From Amoebophrya sp. A120 (taxonomy: Eukaryota; Protista; Dinoflagellata), in the NCBI GenBank assembly GCA_905178155.1, contig CAJINV010000018.1:1096609-1160608 (forward strand): a DNA stretch of 64,000 nt. The letters run 5' to 3'. A program made the position numbers and the translations under genes. Under the pieces are notes generated by a model. That model was given only the letters and a program-made list of their open reading frames with translations. It searched no databases and was not told where the DNA came from. Shown piece after piece: positions 26,401 to 42,592 of the stretch (position 1 is the stretch's first letter; the number at the start of each line of letters is the position of its first letter).

Positions 26401-27533
26401 TTATAGCGGTCAGTAGAAACTACACCGTAATTGTCGTGTGGACGACCGAACTCGTCCTCAGCGTCGTCTTCGTCGTCACTGAAGCTCTGGTTTACACCGT
26501 AGAGATCCAAGTGAGTCAGCAAAATGTTCGCGTCCGGGTCTTCCGCGTCCCAGGGCACAAACCAGTTGGTGGTTGGCGGATTCAGATTCACGGCGGGAGC
26601 GGGGCCTTGATATCCTATGGAAAAACGTCCCCACACCATAGTCAAGATGGGGCATCGGCTAGACAAATCCACAAGCGTTGGCCGATTTGCATGACAAACT
26701 TGGACTCGTAGTGTAGTGCTATTTTAGGTAGTTTAGCAGCATCACAGATCTAGTACATCACCCTGATTGTAGCATGACAAATTCCAAAACGCGACTAGAA
26801 AGCTCTTCTCATGGGGCTCCACATGAGAAACATTTCCACCATGCAGATTTGCATTAGTTACACCTATGGGGTGGGGACGTTTTTAAATACGATACTTGAC
26901 CTGCTGTATTTTGAGGATTTTCACAAGTCGCGCAGGAAGAACCTGCCACCACGACCTCCGCCCGTCCCCAGACGATATCGCCCCCGACCTCGGTTCCGAG
27001 CCACCAAAAGCCATCCTCCCACTCATACAAGCAGAAGCCGTGGTGCCCCTTGGCGTAGTAAAACTTGTTCTCGACGTCGGCGTCACGATTTTCATGATCT
27101 CCGTATAATCTGTTGGTTGGTACATCGCATATGATCCGCTTTTCCTATCCTTTGTAAAAACGTCCCCACCCCAGAGTTGTAATGCAAATGCGCAATGACA
27201 GGAACATTTGTAATGCGCATCCCGCCCATGAGAGGTATTTCAAATCGTGATTTGGCATTTGCAATGCTGTAAACAGGATGAGAAATTGGCTTTCTCATGC
27301 GGCTTGCCTTGCTATGCACCACTATACTACAGACGGAAACTTGTCATGCACAACTCCCAAAGCTTGCCGATTTGTCTAGCAGATTTCCCATCTTGACTCT
27401 GGTGTGGGGACGTTTTTACTCAGGATATCTCCCACACGCCGTTCAGTTCCTCCAACGCGTTCGTGAACCCGCTAAAACGAACTGCGGCGGGCAGTAGCGA
27501 CGCCGAGTTCGTTGGGGACATCTTCAACGCCAT
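14455..27533 (-). CDS. Very large (~3000+ aa) protein of unknown function with a Trp-rich N-terminal domain and long low-complexity regions
   Basis: ATG at 27533 (MALKMSPT...LNGVWEKR...FCLYEWEDGFWWLG...PPTTNW). ORFs 25413..26672, 23225..24847, 22449..22736, 20019..21893, 16819..19095 and 14455..16287 fuse in frame after removing 10 introners and the 24656-25431 insert, each with one repeat copy. Confidence 0.75.
16242..16503. mobile_element. Introner, family A
   Basis: Family A TIR; DR gccat. Confidence 0.9.
16547..16853. mobile_element. Introner, family G (307 bp)
   Basis: TIR tatggaagcgtcaggattgaaatcg / cgatttcgatcctgacagttccata; DR ctgga; closely similar copy at 51121. Confidence 0.9.
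19176..19452. mobile_element. Introner, family A
   Basis: Family A TIR; DR ctcgc/ctcgt. Confidence 0.88.
19515..19756. mobile_element. Introner, family A variant
   Basis: tatgcattgcaaatgt..tctggaa / ttccagacccagacattcttgcatttcata; DR ggcgg. Confidence 0.85.
19829..20148. mobile_element. Introner, family B
   Basis: Family B TIR; DR ttggc. Confidence 0.9.
22054..22311. mobile_element. Introner, family A
   Basis: Family A TIR; DR gtgtc. Confidence 0.9.
22355..22563. mobile_element. Introner, family H
   Basis: TIR tatcgcaagaaaagactgtttcactgtg / cacagtgaaacagttttttcgtgggata; DR tctgt. Confidence 0.88.
22970..23290. mobile_element. Introner, family B
   Basis: Family B TIR; DR gtctt. Confidence 0.9.
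24656..25431. mobile_element. 776-bp insertion in coding sequence flanked by a 65-bp direct duplication
   Basis: Identical 65-mer gttaaaatcc...gcacttttctc at 24591-24655 and 25432-25496 (EKSALCPSSTSSSKRKGERILT appears in both flanking ORFs). Confidence 0.75.
26611..26894. mobile_element. Introner, family C
   Basis: tatcctatggaaaaacgtccccac / gtggggacgtttttaaatacgata; DR cttga. Confidence 0.9.
27146..27427. mobile_element. Introner, family C
   Basis: Family C TIR; DR tttcc/tctcc. Confidence 0.88.
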
Positions 27534-28565
27534 GCTCGTGCGAGATTTCACTACTGTAGGTGCTGTTGCCTTTCACAAGCGCGAGACTTCGTAAAACCAA
27601 ACCATAACCATTGCTTAACTTGCATGAATCAATTGCGTAAATGGAGAACTAAGTAGTCGACAAGGCAGTAATTCGAAAAAACTTCGCGCCCTTTGATACG
27701 CATATCAAGTAAGGGGCCGTATATGTCGTGAAAGATCTTCCTCGTCGCAGACGCAGACCAAGCCTCATATGACCATCAGAGAAAACAATTTCGGGGAAGA
27801 ATCGCGTAGTTCAGCATGTCGATCGATTGTCAACAGGGCCACGGCCGTCGGCGGCATGATGAACGTAATAAACTCAACTTTCACCTTGTGTGGTGCGCAC
27901 GGATCTAACTCCGCTCAACAACCAGTGTGGAAAAGACAACTCGGATCATCTTCCACATCTTCGGAGACCCACCTTGTATACGTGAAAGATCTTAGACACC
28001 GGCGCGGCAACAACAATAGTGTGGCGTATTTTATGCAAACTACAACCGATCGTCAATCTTCAATGAAAACCCCAACACGGAGGGATCTTTGTGCGACAAC
28101 ACTACTGACAACTCCACTGGGAGTGCAACACCCACGACACCGCCGGCGTGAATGGAATACGAAAGACATCTTGACTCAATCACACACTTGCGTGGTACTG
28201 CCCTTCATGGAAAAATCAGTTCCTGATCCAGATCCTTGTCGGCCAAAGAGAAAAAATAACAAATCAAATTTTTCATCGTGGTATGAAAACAAAATTCTGG
28301 TAAAGTTGAAGAAGAGAAGCTCCTTGTCAATCCTTGAAGACATCTGAAAGCTTGTCCGTGTAAGAGTAAGAGTTGTTGTTCAGAAACTATTGTAAAACTC
28401 AGAGACAGAAAGAATAATGTACTAGTACTTTTATTCAAGATTGATGTCAACACACCTCCGGCGGGCAGCTTTAGTTTATGTTGAAGAAATGAGAAGCGTC
28501 CTTGCTCTGTGATACTCCTTGAGGTTCGACGTCAAGCACGGATCAGCCAGGCGAGGCGCTACGAA

Positions 28566-29078
28566 TTAGGATGAATCCTCCGTGCGGAGCTCTTTGTTTT
28601 TTGCCTTCGTCTCACCATTTGTCGGCTTCTTGTTGCCACCGCATCCGCCTCCGATTCCAGTTTTACCACCGCAGCCAGTGCCTTCTGGCTTCTTGCAACA
28701 TCCTCTGATCCATGCCTTCACATCAATATTATCCGGGTCCTCGGCGCGGAACGTTGCCGCCTTGTCGTATACCTTCCCCTTGGGACAAACTTGATCCGGG
28801 CTGGACCCCTCCTCTTCAGGGGCGCTCCGAGTAGGAATCTCTGTGTGAGAACTGCAAAGGAGACTCACTTTCTTTTTCTTGTACCGCTGCAAGAAACCAG
28901 TGATCTTTTCCGGCTCGTCGTCGTCCTCAACGTCGTCGTCCACTTCTGCCTCGGCACCCACCAGAACAGCTTGCCCGGCACTGTTCTCCTCCTCCTCGAT
29001 CGCGCTGACCAGAGTGCTCTGTGCCGCCGAGAAAACCGCCACGGCGGCCAACAGCTTCGCTGTGGCGGAGTTAGTCAT
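28566..29078 (-). CDS. Small intronless putatively secreted Cys-rich protein (~170 aa)
   Basis: Signal-peptide-like MTNSATAKLLAAVAVFSAAQSTLVSA, acidic segment, GFLQ, then a C..CPKG...CC motif. Confidence 0.7.
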   Translation of the reverse strand: MTNSATAKLLAAVAVFSAAQSTLVSAIEEEENSAGQAVLVGAEAEVDDDVEDDDEPEKITGFLQRYKKKKVSLLCSSHTEIPTRSAPEEEGSSPDQVCPKGKVYDKAATFRAEDPDNIDVKAWIRGCCKKPEGTGCGGKTGIGGGCGGNKKPTNGETKAKNKELRTEDSS

Positions 29079-30502
29079 GAGACACAGACGGTAGTGGCTT
29101 CTATTACATTTTTCGCGCCGCAACCCGGCCAGGTTTGCATCAATGGCTTTTGTCTCAATGAAAGAAGGCGAAGGAAGTTGCACGCCGTGTCACTGCTTGT
29201 TTTGTTTCCTGCTGTTGTGGTCGTGTGTTTGAGTATAGTCACGTAGTCCCAGAAATCACTTTCTTCTCCGAACTCAAAAAGGGAGTTAAGTACTTCTTGA
29301 TCGTTTTACAACTTCTAGGTAGTTCTTGGGGTGGCAATCAAGTTGAGGGGGCATTTTGGTGCACTGTGATCACAAGTTGTAGATCATGTAGATTTGGACA
29401 AGTATATGCCAGGGGTCGACAACGACAAGTCTTCGAATGGCGCTGCTTTCATCTTCCAGCTGCTTCGCTTTCAATCATTCTACCGAACCGCATGAATGCT
29501 TGGAGCAGTGGATATCTTGGTTGAGTCTTCTGCCGATTACACCCCGTTGCAGCATTGTACGAAGGAATGTGAACCGAGACCACACCTTTGTGTTGTAGCC
29601 GGGCTACTGCGGCCCGGCTGTGTTGCTCGCACCGACAAAGACCTTAGATTGCGTGTACGCATTTGATTACCAGATAAAAGTCTTCAAGCAAAAAACTTCG
29701 ACAATCTCGGTGGGTGCACGAACCGACCTGCGAACTAAGTACAGCTGCAACCGAGCACAACTTTGGACTTCATCACGACAACACAGGCAGGAAACCGAGT
29801 CAAGTCTGTGCGACGCCGAGAATTTTTCGTGATGCAACAAGTGCAATGGGAATACGTACTTTTACTCTCTAATTCACTTAGTACCGACTTATCAGGAAGG
29901 ATCTCGCTTAACGATGACGGGAGCACGCAGCAGAAGACACACCTGTAGTAAAGACGATCAATTTCTGCCCGTTCTTCTTTACGAACCGAACAAAGAAGTT
30001 GATTGGACTCGGGACGGAAAACATTTTTCCGTAGGTGACTGCGTTGCAGGAAAAAAGATTTTCCGCGGTGTGTAGTATAGTGTTTAGGTTATTTCACAAG
30101 TTCTGTGTATGAAGCAAAATTTTTCGTGAACAAGACGGAGCAGAATTGAAATGCTACGACAACGACTATCACATATGATGAAAGTAGGCATATTTGTAGG
30201 TGCATAAAGATGAGCCTCAATACGTGCGCACTGTGGAAGGGCCAGCTACAATTGCCTCCATTTTCTACGTGAGCGCAGAACAAGATGACACCGAAAACTA
30301 TTATAGCAGCATGGTGCATTGTATTTTTGCGAATCACAAAAACTGTACCGGATTTTTGCAACGTGACAGCAAAAACCAAAAGTTCTTTGACAGGAGCTGA
30401 AATTTGTGATATTGGTCTAGCAAGTCTTCATATGGATACACAAATGTAAGATGAGTGTGCGTTTTTCATTTTTTCGGAGAGAGCATCATCAAGAAAAACT
30501 TC

Positions 30503-34821
<4,319 letters not shown>

Positions 34822-35330
34822 CTTGTAAAAGGTGCTTCGAGAAGATCAACAGAGTAAATGGATAGGCTTACTTCCTGATGAATATATAAAGCGAACTGGG
34901 TGATGTGACCTAGTACCCTATCCGATCGTTATCCTGCTGATTATTTCAGAGGTGTAAACAAGCATTCCAGATTCATCGCCAACGAGTATTTTCTTCGGAA
35001 ACTTAAACGAAGCACATGCACCTGGACGTGGACATAGACATGCGCAAGCAGAAACAAAAAAATAAGAGTAACAAAAAGGGGGAAAAGAATGAAAGGTGCA
35101 TAAAAAAGGTCGTGGTTTGCACTTCTTAATTTCAATATGCAAAACATCAACCTCACGTGTGCACTACACCTATCCTCTCAAGCTGAACAAGGGTAGAAAA
35201 AGCACAATTTGCTTGCGCGCTAGAAAATGCTGCCAGAATGAAGTTTTTTTTGGCAACATGGAAAACGCGCTTTTCTCGTGTGATTTTGTCATGTTTCATT
35301 ACAATGAATCCGCTTCATCGTTTTAATACC

Positions 35331-38300
35331 TCAATACAGCAGAGAATCGTTTTTTACGCGATGCTATCAAATGCAAATACGGCTGGGTCTAGGAAAAGAT
35401 CGCAAGATTTGTGATGCATCTCGCGGACCACGCACCTGGTCTGGAATGGACAAAGAAGCATCACAGATTTTATGGGACTTCTTTCCTTGACGCCTCTCCC
35501 GCATGACAAATCGACTTCTTTATTGGCAGCAAGTGGGCATCTTTTGCAAGTCATGCAACACAGATCTTGTCGTCATCGAGAGTTCGCATGACAAGCCCCA
35601 TCCTTCTACACCCAGACATATTTGCACTTCATAAATGCAACAGGTAGGAGTGGAAATCCGCATTTGGTACTTGCTGCCCACCCAGATACCGAGGCAACTG
35701 GCTCACTTCGCATAGCTGTCCTAAGGAAAAACGTCCCCGCCCCATAGTCAAGATGGGGAAGCAGCAGCAGCTACACAAATCCACACGTCTTGCATGACAC
35801 GCTTGGGCTCGTAGTGTAGTTGTCCTCCTGCTTAGCTAGTGCAACCACACGCACATGCCAAATTGACAGATAGCATTAGATGAAGGTCCTCTTCCTCATG
35901 GGCCTGCGCATAAGAGACCCTTTAGGTTTGCAGATTTGGATGACAACGAACTCCGGTGGGGTGGGGAAGTTTTCAAGTACAGTGGATAAGAACTCCGCGT
36001 ACCAATCGGGCACGTTGTGCGTTGTAACGAACTGCACCACCCGTTTCAGCTTCTTCGGTACCATTGCCTGGGCGATCTGCCAGGCATGCCGGAGCAGTGG
36101 CGGCGCGTCAAGGAAAACCTGAAGAGAGGACAAGGGCTTATTTTCATTGAAATAAATAAGCAAAAGGTATACGAACGATATCAAGGGAGAAGACAAGAAC
36201 TGCGCAAACCGTTTCTCACTGGAATTGTTCTGCGGTGCAGCAAAAAATGCATCAGCATGATCAGCAGCTCAACAATAAACTCGGTCGACGTACTTTTATA
36301 CTTAAGTACTTACCACGCTCGCAATGACGCTCGGATGACAGAACGCCACCGCCGAGATCGCGTCTTTGAATTCCCAGGGTCTCGCGCTGGCGACGTTCTG
36401 CAACCGCAGCCCGTTGAAGTCGTACACCAATCGGACCCCTTTGGCCATGCTGGGCACGTTATGAATTGCAAATATGTCTGGGTCTGGAAACTTGTGATGC
36501 TGGGTGGCGTACCATGAGGAGGCAACAAGTGCTGCCTCAGCATGACAAGCTTCTGAGCTTCTAGGTGTTGCCTATTCTGCATGACAAACTGCGTTTCTGC
36601 ATGACAGAAAAATGGGACTCTTGGGTAAGACGCATGACAGATTTTAAAAGTCATGCCGGACAAACATGACAAACATGCATTCTTCCAGACCCAGACATTT
36701 TTGCAGTTGATACACGTCCTGCAGCGCGGCGTCGATGGACAGCCACGTGGATTTGATGCCCACGGGGATTTTGATTTCGTTGGGATTGATAAACTTGTAC
36801 TTGATCCAGATCATCGGCCTGCCCTCGAAGTCGCGCCCGGAGAGCACGCAGAAGCCCCGACTGTAGTTTTTCCGCACATCCTCGTCCGAGACCGCTTTCA
36901 AATTCATTTTCTGAATCATCTTCACGTGCACATCCAACAGCTTTTTCGCTTCGGCCGGGTTCATTTTGGAGGAGTACAGAAACCGCAGCATCGACCGCTG
37001 TGTGAGGAAAAAGGTGCTAGAAGTAGTACAACTACTCGACGATGTTGCTGCGGAGGACGTCGGCGGGTCTTGCTGTTGGTGTTGCAGCTGTGGTGCGATA
37101 TTATTAGAAGCTGGTCCTCCTGCAGCTTGATTTGTCCTGCTCGGGGAGCTAAGCGACTTGCTCGCGTTGTTTCGCGGCGTTAGCACGTTTGGGTCGCCGC
37201 CGTGCGAAAAAGAGTCGTCGACGTCGTCGGTATTGTCCGCTCCTGCGAGGGTCGTTCTATTCATTTCTCCCCTGCGGTTACTACTGTGCGTCTCCTCGGG
37301 TGGGTAGGTTTCGGATTCTTTGCTTTGCGGGCGGGAAGTCGCATTGATGGTGGAGCTGGCGCGATTGTTATTATTTCTCTCGATAATATTGTCGATACGG
37401 TTTTGATGTTCTATTTCTACTCCCGAAACAACTGCTGCTGTCATCGCGGCACTGGACCGTGAGGCCGTTGTTCCAACGGACTGAAAAGTAGAGCTCACCA
37501 CGCCAGCAGAACTGCCACTCTGCTGCTCTCGGCTTCGGGTTCCTCGCGAGGCCTGCCCGGAAATTGTAGACGAGGAAGTTGTAGGAGCCGCATTGTTACT
37601 AGTACTCGTTGCCGCGACCCCGCTGCGCCCAAGCCCGCGCCACAACTCGGAGTCTTGCCACTTTTGGCTCTGCTCGAGCTCTTTCGTCAATTCGGAGTTC
37701 AGTCGATAGTACGCGAACTTGTGGTCCTTCAGATGCTCAAAGAGCCGGTCCCGGTTATCAAGTGCAAAAGTGTCTGGGTCTGGAAAAGTGTAACCTTGTC
37801 ATGCAGATTTTCCATGACCCATGAGGTCTGGAATGCGGGACTTAGCACGACAGACTCTTCGAGATCTCTGCCATGCCTATCCTGCATGAGAAACTCCGTC
37901 CTAACTTGGTCAAAAGTGGACAGCTTTTGGCAATCGTGCAACACAGATTTTTACATGATCCAGCTTTACCATGGCAAGTTGCCACCTTCCAGACCCAGAC
38001 ATTTTTGCATTTGTTACCGGTCCTCTTTGAACAAGATCCGCTGGAACTCCGACAGCGCCGACCGTTCGCGCTATCACCTGCAAATTTGCCTGGGTCTGAA
38101 AAAATGCAAGGTTTGTCGTGCTTTGCTAACATGACTCTCAAGTCTGTCATGCACGTCAGCCAAAAGCCCCACTTTTCTGGTGTCATGCAGACGCTCACTC
38201 TGTCACGCGGGTAGCAAACACTGTCGCACATCCGAAACTTGTCATGCATTGCAGCCAATTGAGGCGTGGTCCCGTCTTTCTCAACCAGCATCACAAGTTT

Positions 38301-40107
38301 CCAGACCCAGACCGAGATTTGCATTTGGTACACGCCAGCTCAGATTCAACTGCTCGTCCGTTTGCTGCAGGTGGACGTTGGGAAAGATCTGCATGTTCTT
38401 TGGGTGATGTGACGGATGAACAAGTTGCGCCTGCTGTGATGTACTCGTCGTGCTAGTGGTCTTTGTGAGTTGTAAATTATGTTGGGCGGCGTTGGAGGAA
38501 AATCCAGAATTTGATGCTCCTTGTAATTTCATCGGGGTTACCATTGTTCCCTCAAGAATACCGGTAGACTTCTTTACGTTCGTGGTTGTCATCGTACTCA
38601 TGTCCGCGATTTCCAAATCATTACTTAGGTTGTTTGCGTTACTATTTCCATTCGCGTTCGCTTCGCTCCCCCCGTTGCTACTGGTCGTGGAGCTCCGCGT
38701 CAGGAGCGCGAAATTGGGACTTTCCTTGAGCGCTTCCCGAAATTCCGTCGGAGACTGCGCGAGCGATTTCTGCACCTGCTGGCTCCCCGTGCGAGACAAA
38801 GTAGTATTAACGCTGCTCGGACTGGCCTGCAGCCCGCTGTTGGCTCTGGAAAGGACGAAGGGCGGATATCAAATGCAAGTATGTCTGGGTCTGGAGGGTT
38901 CTGAGACTTGTCACGCACGTTTTGCATGAGCCAGGATGACTGTGATGCATGCCCTAGCATCACAGATTTTTTCAGGGTTTCTTGGTGCCTATTCCGCATG
39001 ACAAATGCCCCTGCGCGTCCCCAAAAATTACATTCCCGCCTTTGCTGCTCATGCAATACAGATATTTTTGGAATCCAAACGCAGCATCACAAGTTGCGTT
39101 CTTCCAGACCCGGACATACTTGCACTTCATAGCGGGTTGTCCACAACCATTGCCTCGTCGAAAAGCGGCAAATTTTCGGAAATCCCCAAATCCGTATGCT
39201 ATCGTAAGGAAAAATCCCCCCTCCCCAGATTGAAAACGTATCCGTCTGAAAATTTGTGATGCGCATTTGTGACCTCAAATCCTGTCTGTATTGCAAGAAG
39301 GCAAGTCCAGAGTGAGAGCGCCCCGCATTTTGCAGGCGGTTTGTGATGCTGTTGGGCATAGAGCATACACGTTTGTCATGCTAGGTGCCTACGTCAAAAC
39401 CTCTCGACTGAGGCTTGACATATGCCTGCAGTCCTCTACTGCAAGACAGATCTGATTTGTGTGCGGAAATCCAGCATCAGAAACTTCGTTTCGATATGGG
39501 GAGGGGGGACTTTTCCTCACGATATATGCGCCACGCTCTTCGGACTGATCACCTGGATTGGCTGGGAGGCGACACCAGAAGTGGATGCTCCGGTCGGGGT
39601 GTGAAACAAGTGATCCGCGGTGCCGAGTAGCGCAGCCTGCCGACCGTTGCTCACGCCGTTCAAAGCCGTAGTACCGTTACCACCTCCGGGGTTGGTGCCG
39701 AACCCGGCGCGCGGCGTGAGCGAGAGAGGCGTCGCGAAGCTGTCAAGCAGTGGGTCACCTGGTATGTTGTCATTTGTGGTCGAGATTCTGCTTCTTTGGC
39801 AAGTGTGTACACTACATGTTGGATCCAGATTATCATCGTCGTAGTGCATCCAGAGTAGGCAGTCATCTTCCTCGCAGCTCTCGTCTTCTTCCTCCTGCTC
39901 CCAGCCCAGTAGCGATTTGAAACCACTTGCGATATCGTCGAACCACGAGGGCGGCTCGGCAGAAACATCTTCGACGGTGGCAGGAGGTGGAGCTTGATGT
40001 TCTACAGCGGAGGTTCTTGTAGGCGGCTTTCTATCACGGAAGGAACCCTCTCTACTTGTAGTTTCCTCTCCCCGCGAGGAAGTAAGGGCTGCGCACGTGG
40101 CGGCCAT
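35331..40107 (-). CDS. CRAL-TRIO (Sec14-like) lipid-binding protein with a long low-complexity N-terminus
   Basis: LRFL..AKKLL, GRDFEGRPMIWI, VYDFNGL, FLDAPPLLRHAWQIAQAMVPKKLKRVVQF, QLPRYLGG after removing 7 introners and one GT-AG intron. Confidence 0.85.
35365..35633. mobile_element. Degenerate introner, family A
   Basis: tatcaaatgcaaatacggctgggtct / cccagacatatttgcacttcata; DR gatgc/aatgc. Confidence 0.75.
35715..35987. mobile_element. Degenerate introner, family C (ends approximate)
   Basis: ggaaaaacgtccccgcccc / ggggtggggaagttttc; AEFL|CEVSQLPRYLGG restored. Confidence 0.65.
36460..36712. mobile_element. Introner, family A
   Basis: Family A TIR; DR cacgt. Confidence 0.9.
37756..38016. 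mobile_element. Introner, family A
   Basis: Family A TIR; DR ccggt. Confidence 0.88.
38072..38330. mobile_element. Introner, family A
   Basis: Family A-like TIR; DR cgcgc/cacgc. Confidence 0.8.
38867..39131. mobile_element. Introner, family A
   Basis: Family A TIR; DR gcgga/gcggg. Confidence 0.88.
39200..39524. mobile_element. Introner, family B
   Basis: Family B TIR; DR tatgc; close relative of 19829-20148. Confidence 0.9.
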
Positions 40108-40614
40108 CTTAGAACTACTCGCGGACGTCGTGGTTGGGCAATTTCTTGTCCTCCAGAAGAACTATGTCGCACTTTTTACAACCACACAGTCGTTCTTTGT
40201 CCAAATCAATGATATTTTTGGGGTCCAACTAGTACAAGAAGCGAGTGTAGTAATGAGGCCCTGAAGTCCATCCGCAGGTTGAGAAGACCACGATCAGAGA
40301 CGAGAGCAAGACCGGACTCGTTTTCAACAAAATTTTGTGTGTTAAAAACGCGGCAAAAACTACTTTTTTTCTTATTTCGCGCAACACATTTTCAAAAAAT
40401 CAATGCGCGACCTCATCTAAATGTGACGCTAAACACGAAACATCCAATTGTGCATTTTTTAGACGCAGTCTCGTCAAATTTGAATGGCGAAGATGGGAAC
40501 ACCTTTTGACGGCAAACGGCAATTGGAAGCAGGCGAAGGCGAACCTGATTCCTCAAATTCATAAAAATCTTCCATCTAAAGAAGTGACAGAACTTCCGAA
40601 GCAACACTCTACTA

Positions 40615-42077
40615 CTAAAACTTCAAAGCAATTTTACCGAGCCCCCCGAATGGTCCCCCGCCGCCTGCGCCAAAGCTCATCCGGTCGTCGTGTCTGCTGC
40701 CCTTCCGTACAGGCAAAATATCGCTCGCCGTCACGGCGTCCCACCGGAACCACAACAAATTCACATTCTCCGGAAGGTCGTCGTCAAAAATATACTCCGT
40801 GAGGACCGCGAAGCAGCCCCGGAGAAACATCAAATTTACGATGGCCAGCGAAAACCGGATCACATCCGACACCAGGCAAAGAAAGTCCGTCGAATTTAGC
40901 GCGTGCTTGACCGCGGTGAGCACGCATGTCAGATAGTGCAAAACGACTGTGAGCTCGTTTGGCTCGAAAACATCTCTGGGGGTGGAAGACGGACCGAAAG
41001 CTGCAGCTCCCGCTGGAACGGCTGGCAGTAAATCGGTTCCATGTTGTTGCGTTGCACCGGCTGCATGATCAGACTCATTACTCACGCTCGTGCGGCCCAT
41101 GATGGCCTCCCCAGTTGTAGTTGTACCCGCGGCGCCTCTGTGCGCTCCGCTACTAGCGAGACCGTCCTGGAGGTGCCCCGGACCACTCACCTCGCTGCCT
41201 GTGACGATGCGCAGGTCTGTGACGAACATTTCGTAGACCAGCACAAAGCCGTGGATCACCAAATTTGCGGGCACAGAAAACTATCCTGTGCAAAAGTATC
41301 GGACTCGTAGTAATTCTTGCAGTCATGCATTACAAATTTTTTCCCTAAGGTAAATCCGCATGACAAATTTTATTGCTCATGCTGAGGGAATTTGTAATGC
41401 ATTTATACGAGTACGATACTTTATTTGCAATGCATAAAAACAACAGGCAGACCGTGAACAGCGACAAGCCGCTCAAGTAGAACAGCCGCGCTCTATCAAA
41501 AGGAAAAATCCCCCCTCCCCATATCAAAACGGAAATCTGTGATGCAGATTTGTTGTCACAAATCAGCTGTGTCATGCTACACGGAAAAAGATGCGGACTG
41601 TAGTGCTGGGTGGCGTGGGGGAGCCTTGCATCTTCAGCATGATAGGAGGCAGCTGAGAGTGGGAAACAGCATGACAAATTGCCTGCAAACGAGACCACGA
41701 CTGCGGCTCTTGGCCTTCTAGCATGACAAGTCGATTTGGTACCTCAAATCCTGCATCACAGATTTCCATTTCGATATGGGGAGGGGGGATTTTTCCGTTT
41801 GATACGTTCCGGACAACACGCCCAGAAGCCCGCAGAAGCTCCCGAACAGCAGCAGAGCGTCGCAAAAAATGTCCAGGTGGTGCAGCTTGGAGGAATTGGT
41901 TTTGAACACGCGCTCCGCCTGCGGCGAATGGTTTTGATTGATCTGTAACTCTTCCTCCTCGTCACCAGCCGCTACCTGATCCACCGTGCACAACCTCCAC
42001 CACGAAACCGCCAGCCAGAACAGCGTGAAGCCGGACAACACAGCCCGCTGAATATTGATAATTGGGTAGCGACGCAT
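40615..42077 (-). CDS. Multi-pass membrane protein, unknown function
   Basis: Several hydrophobic helices; ORFs 41718..42083 and 40615..41274 join through a short exon after removing two introners (LSGT|RLFYLSG...LLF|SVPANL). Confidence 0.7.
41282..41436. mobile_element. Introner, family D
   Basis: Family D TIR; DR aaaac. Confidence 0.85.
41494..41804. mobile_element. Introner, family B
   Basis: Family B TIR; DR cgctc/cgttc. Confidence 0.9.
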
Positions 42078-42592
42078 CTTCAAAATCTTCTTCGTACGGT
42101 CTTTATGGTTGTTATTTTTCTGAAGCCCCGAGAAGTACTTATGTTCTTACGGTGCGAGAACTAGATCAAAATCAACTCTACAAAGCCATGAGGTGCTTGC
42201 AGCCTCCACCAAAGTAGACAGTAAACGTAAAGGACGTAATCGCAACGACGAGTACAATAATTTAAACGGAAGAAAAAAACAAAAAACTTCGACCATTTCA
42301 CGCGTGGTTCTTTATTTTGCGCAAGAAATTCTAGGATCATGCGCGTGCTTCTTTCGCAACACAAAAAGCGAGCTGAACTCGAAGACCGATGCAGATGAAT
42401 TTGGATCTGCTCCACAAGAAGGAGAAGATGACCGCAAGGGATTCCATCATCCTTTCCTTTCGCAAGTCGAACTCCCTGCGGAATAAAAAAAAGGCAGTAG
42501 CAGTAGAATCAATTATACAAGAGCTGCCTAGTACTCGCGAGTAGTAAGTTGGCGTTTCATGAAAAAAAGCTTCATTCTAAATGTTTTTCTCA

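Noticed and set aside
27769-28347. 192-aa plus-strand ORF
   Set aside because: No recognisable domain or coding-like composition; lies in an intergenic region opposite the gene orientation.
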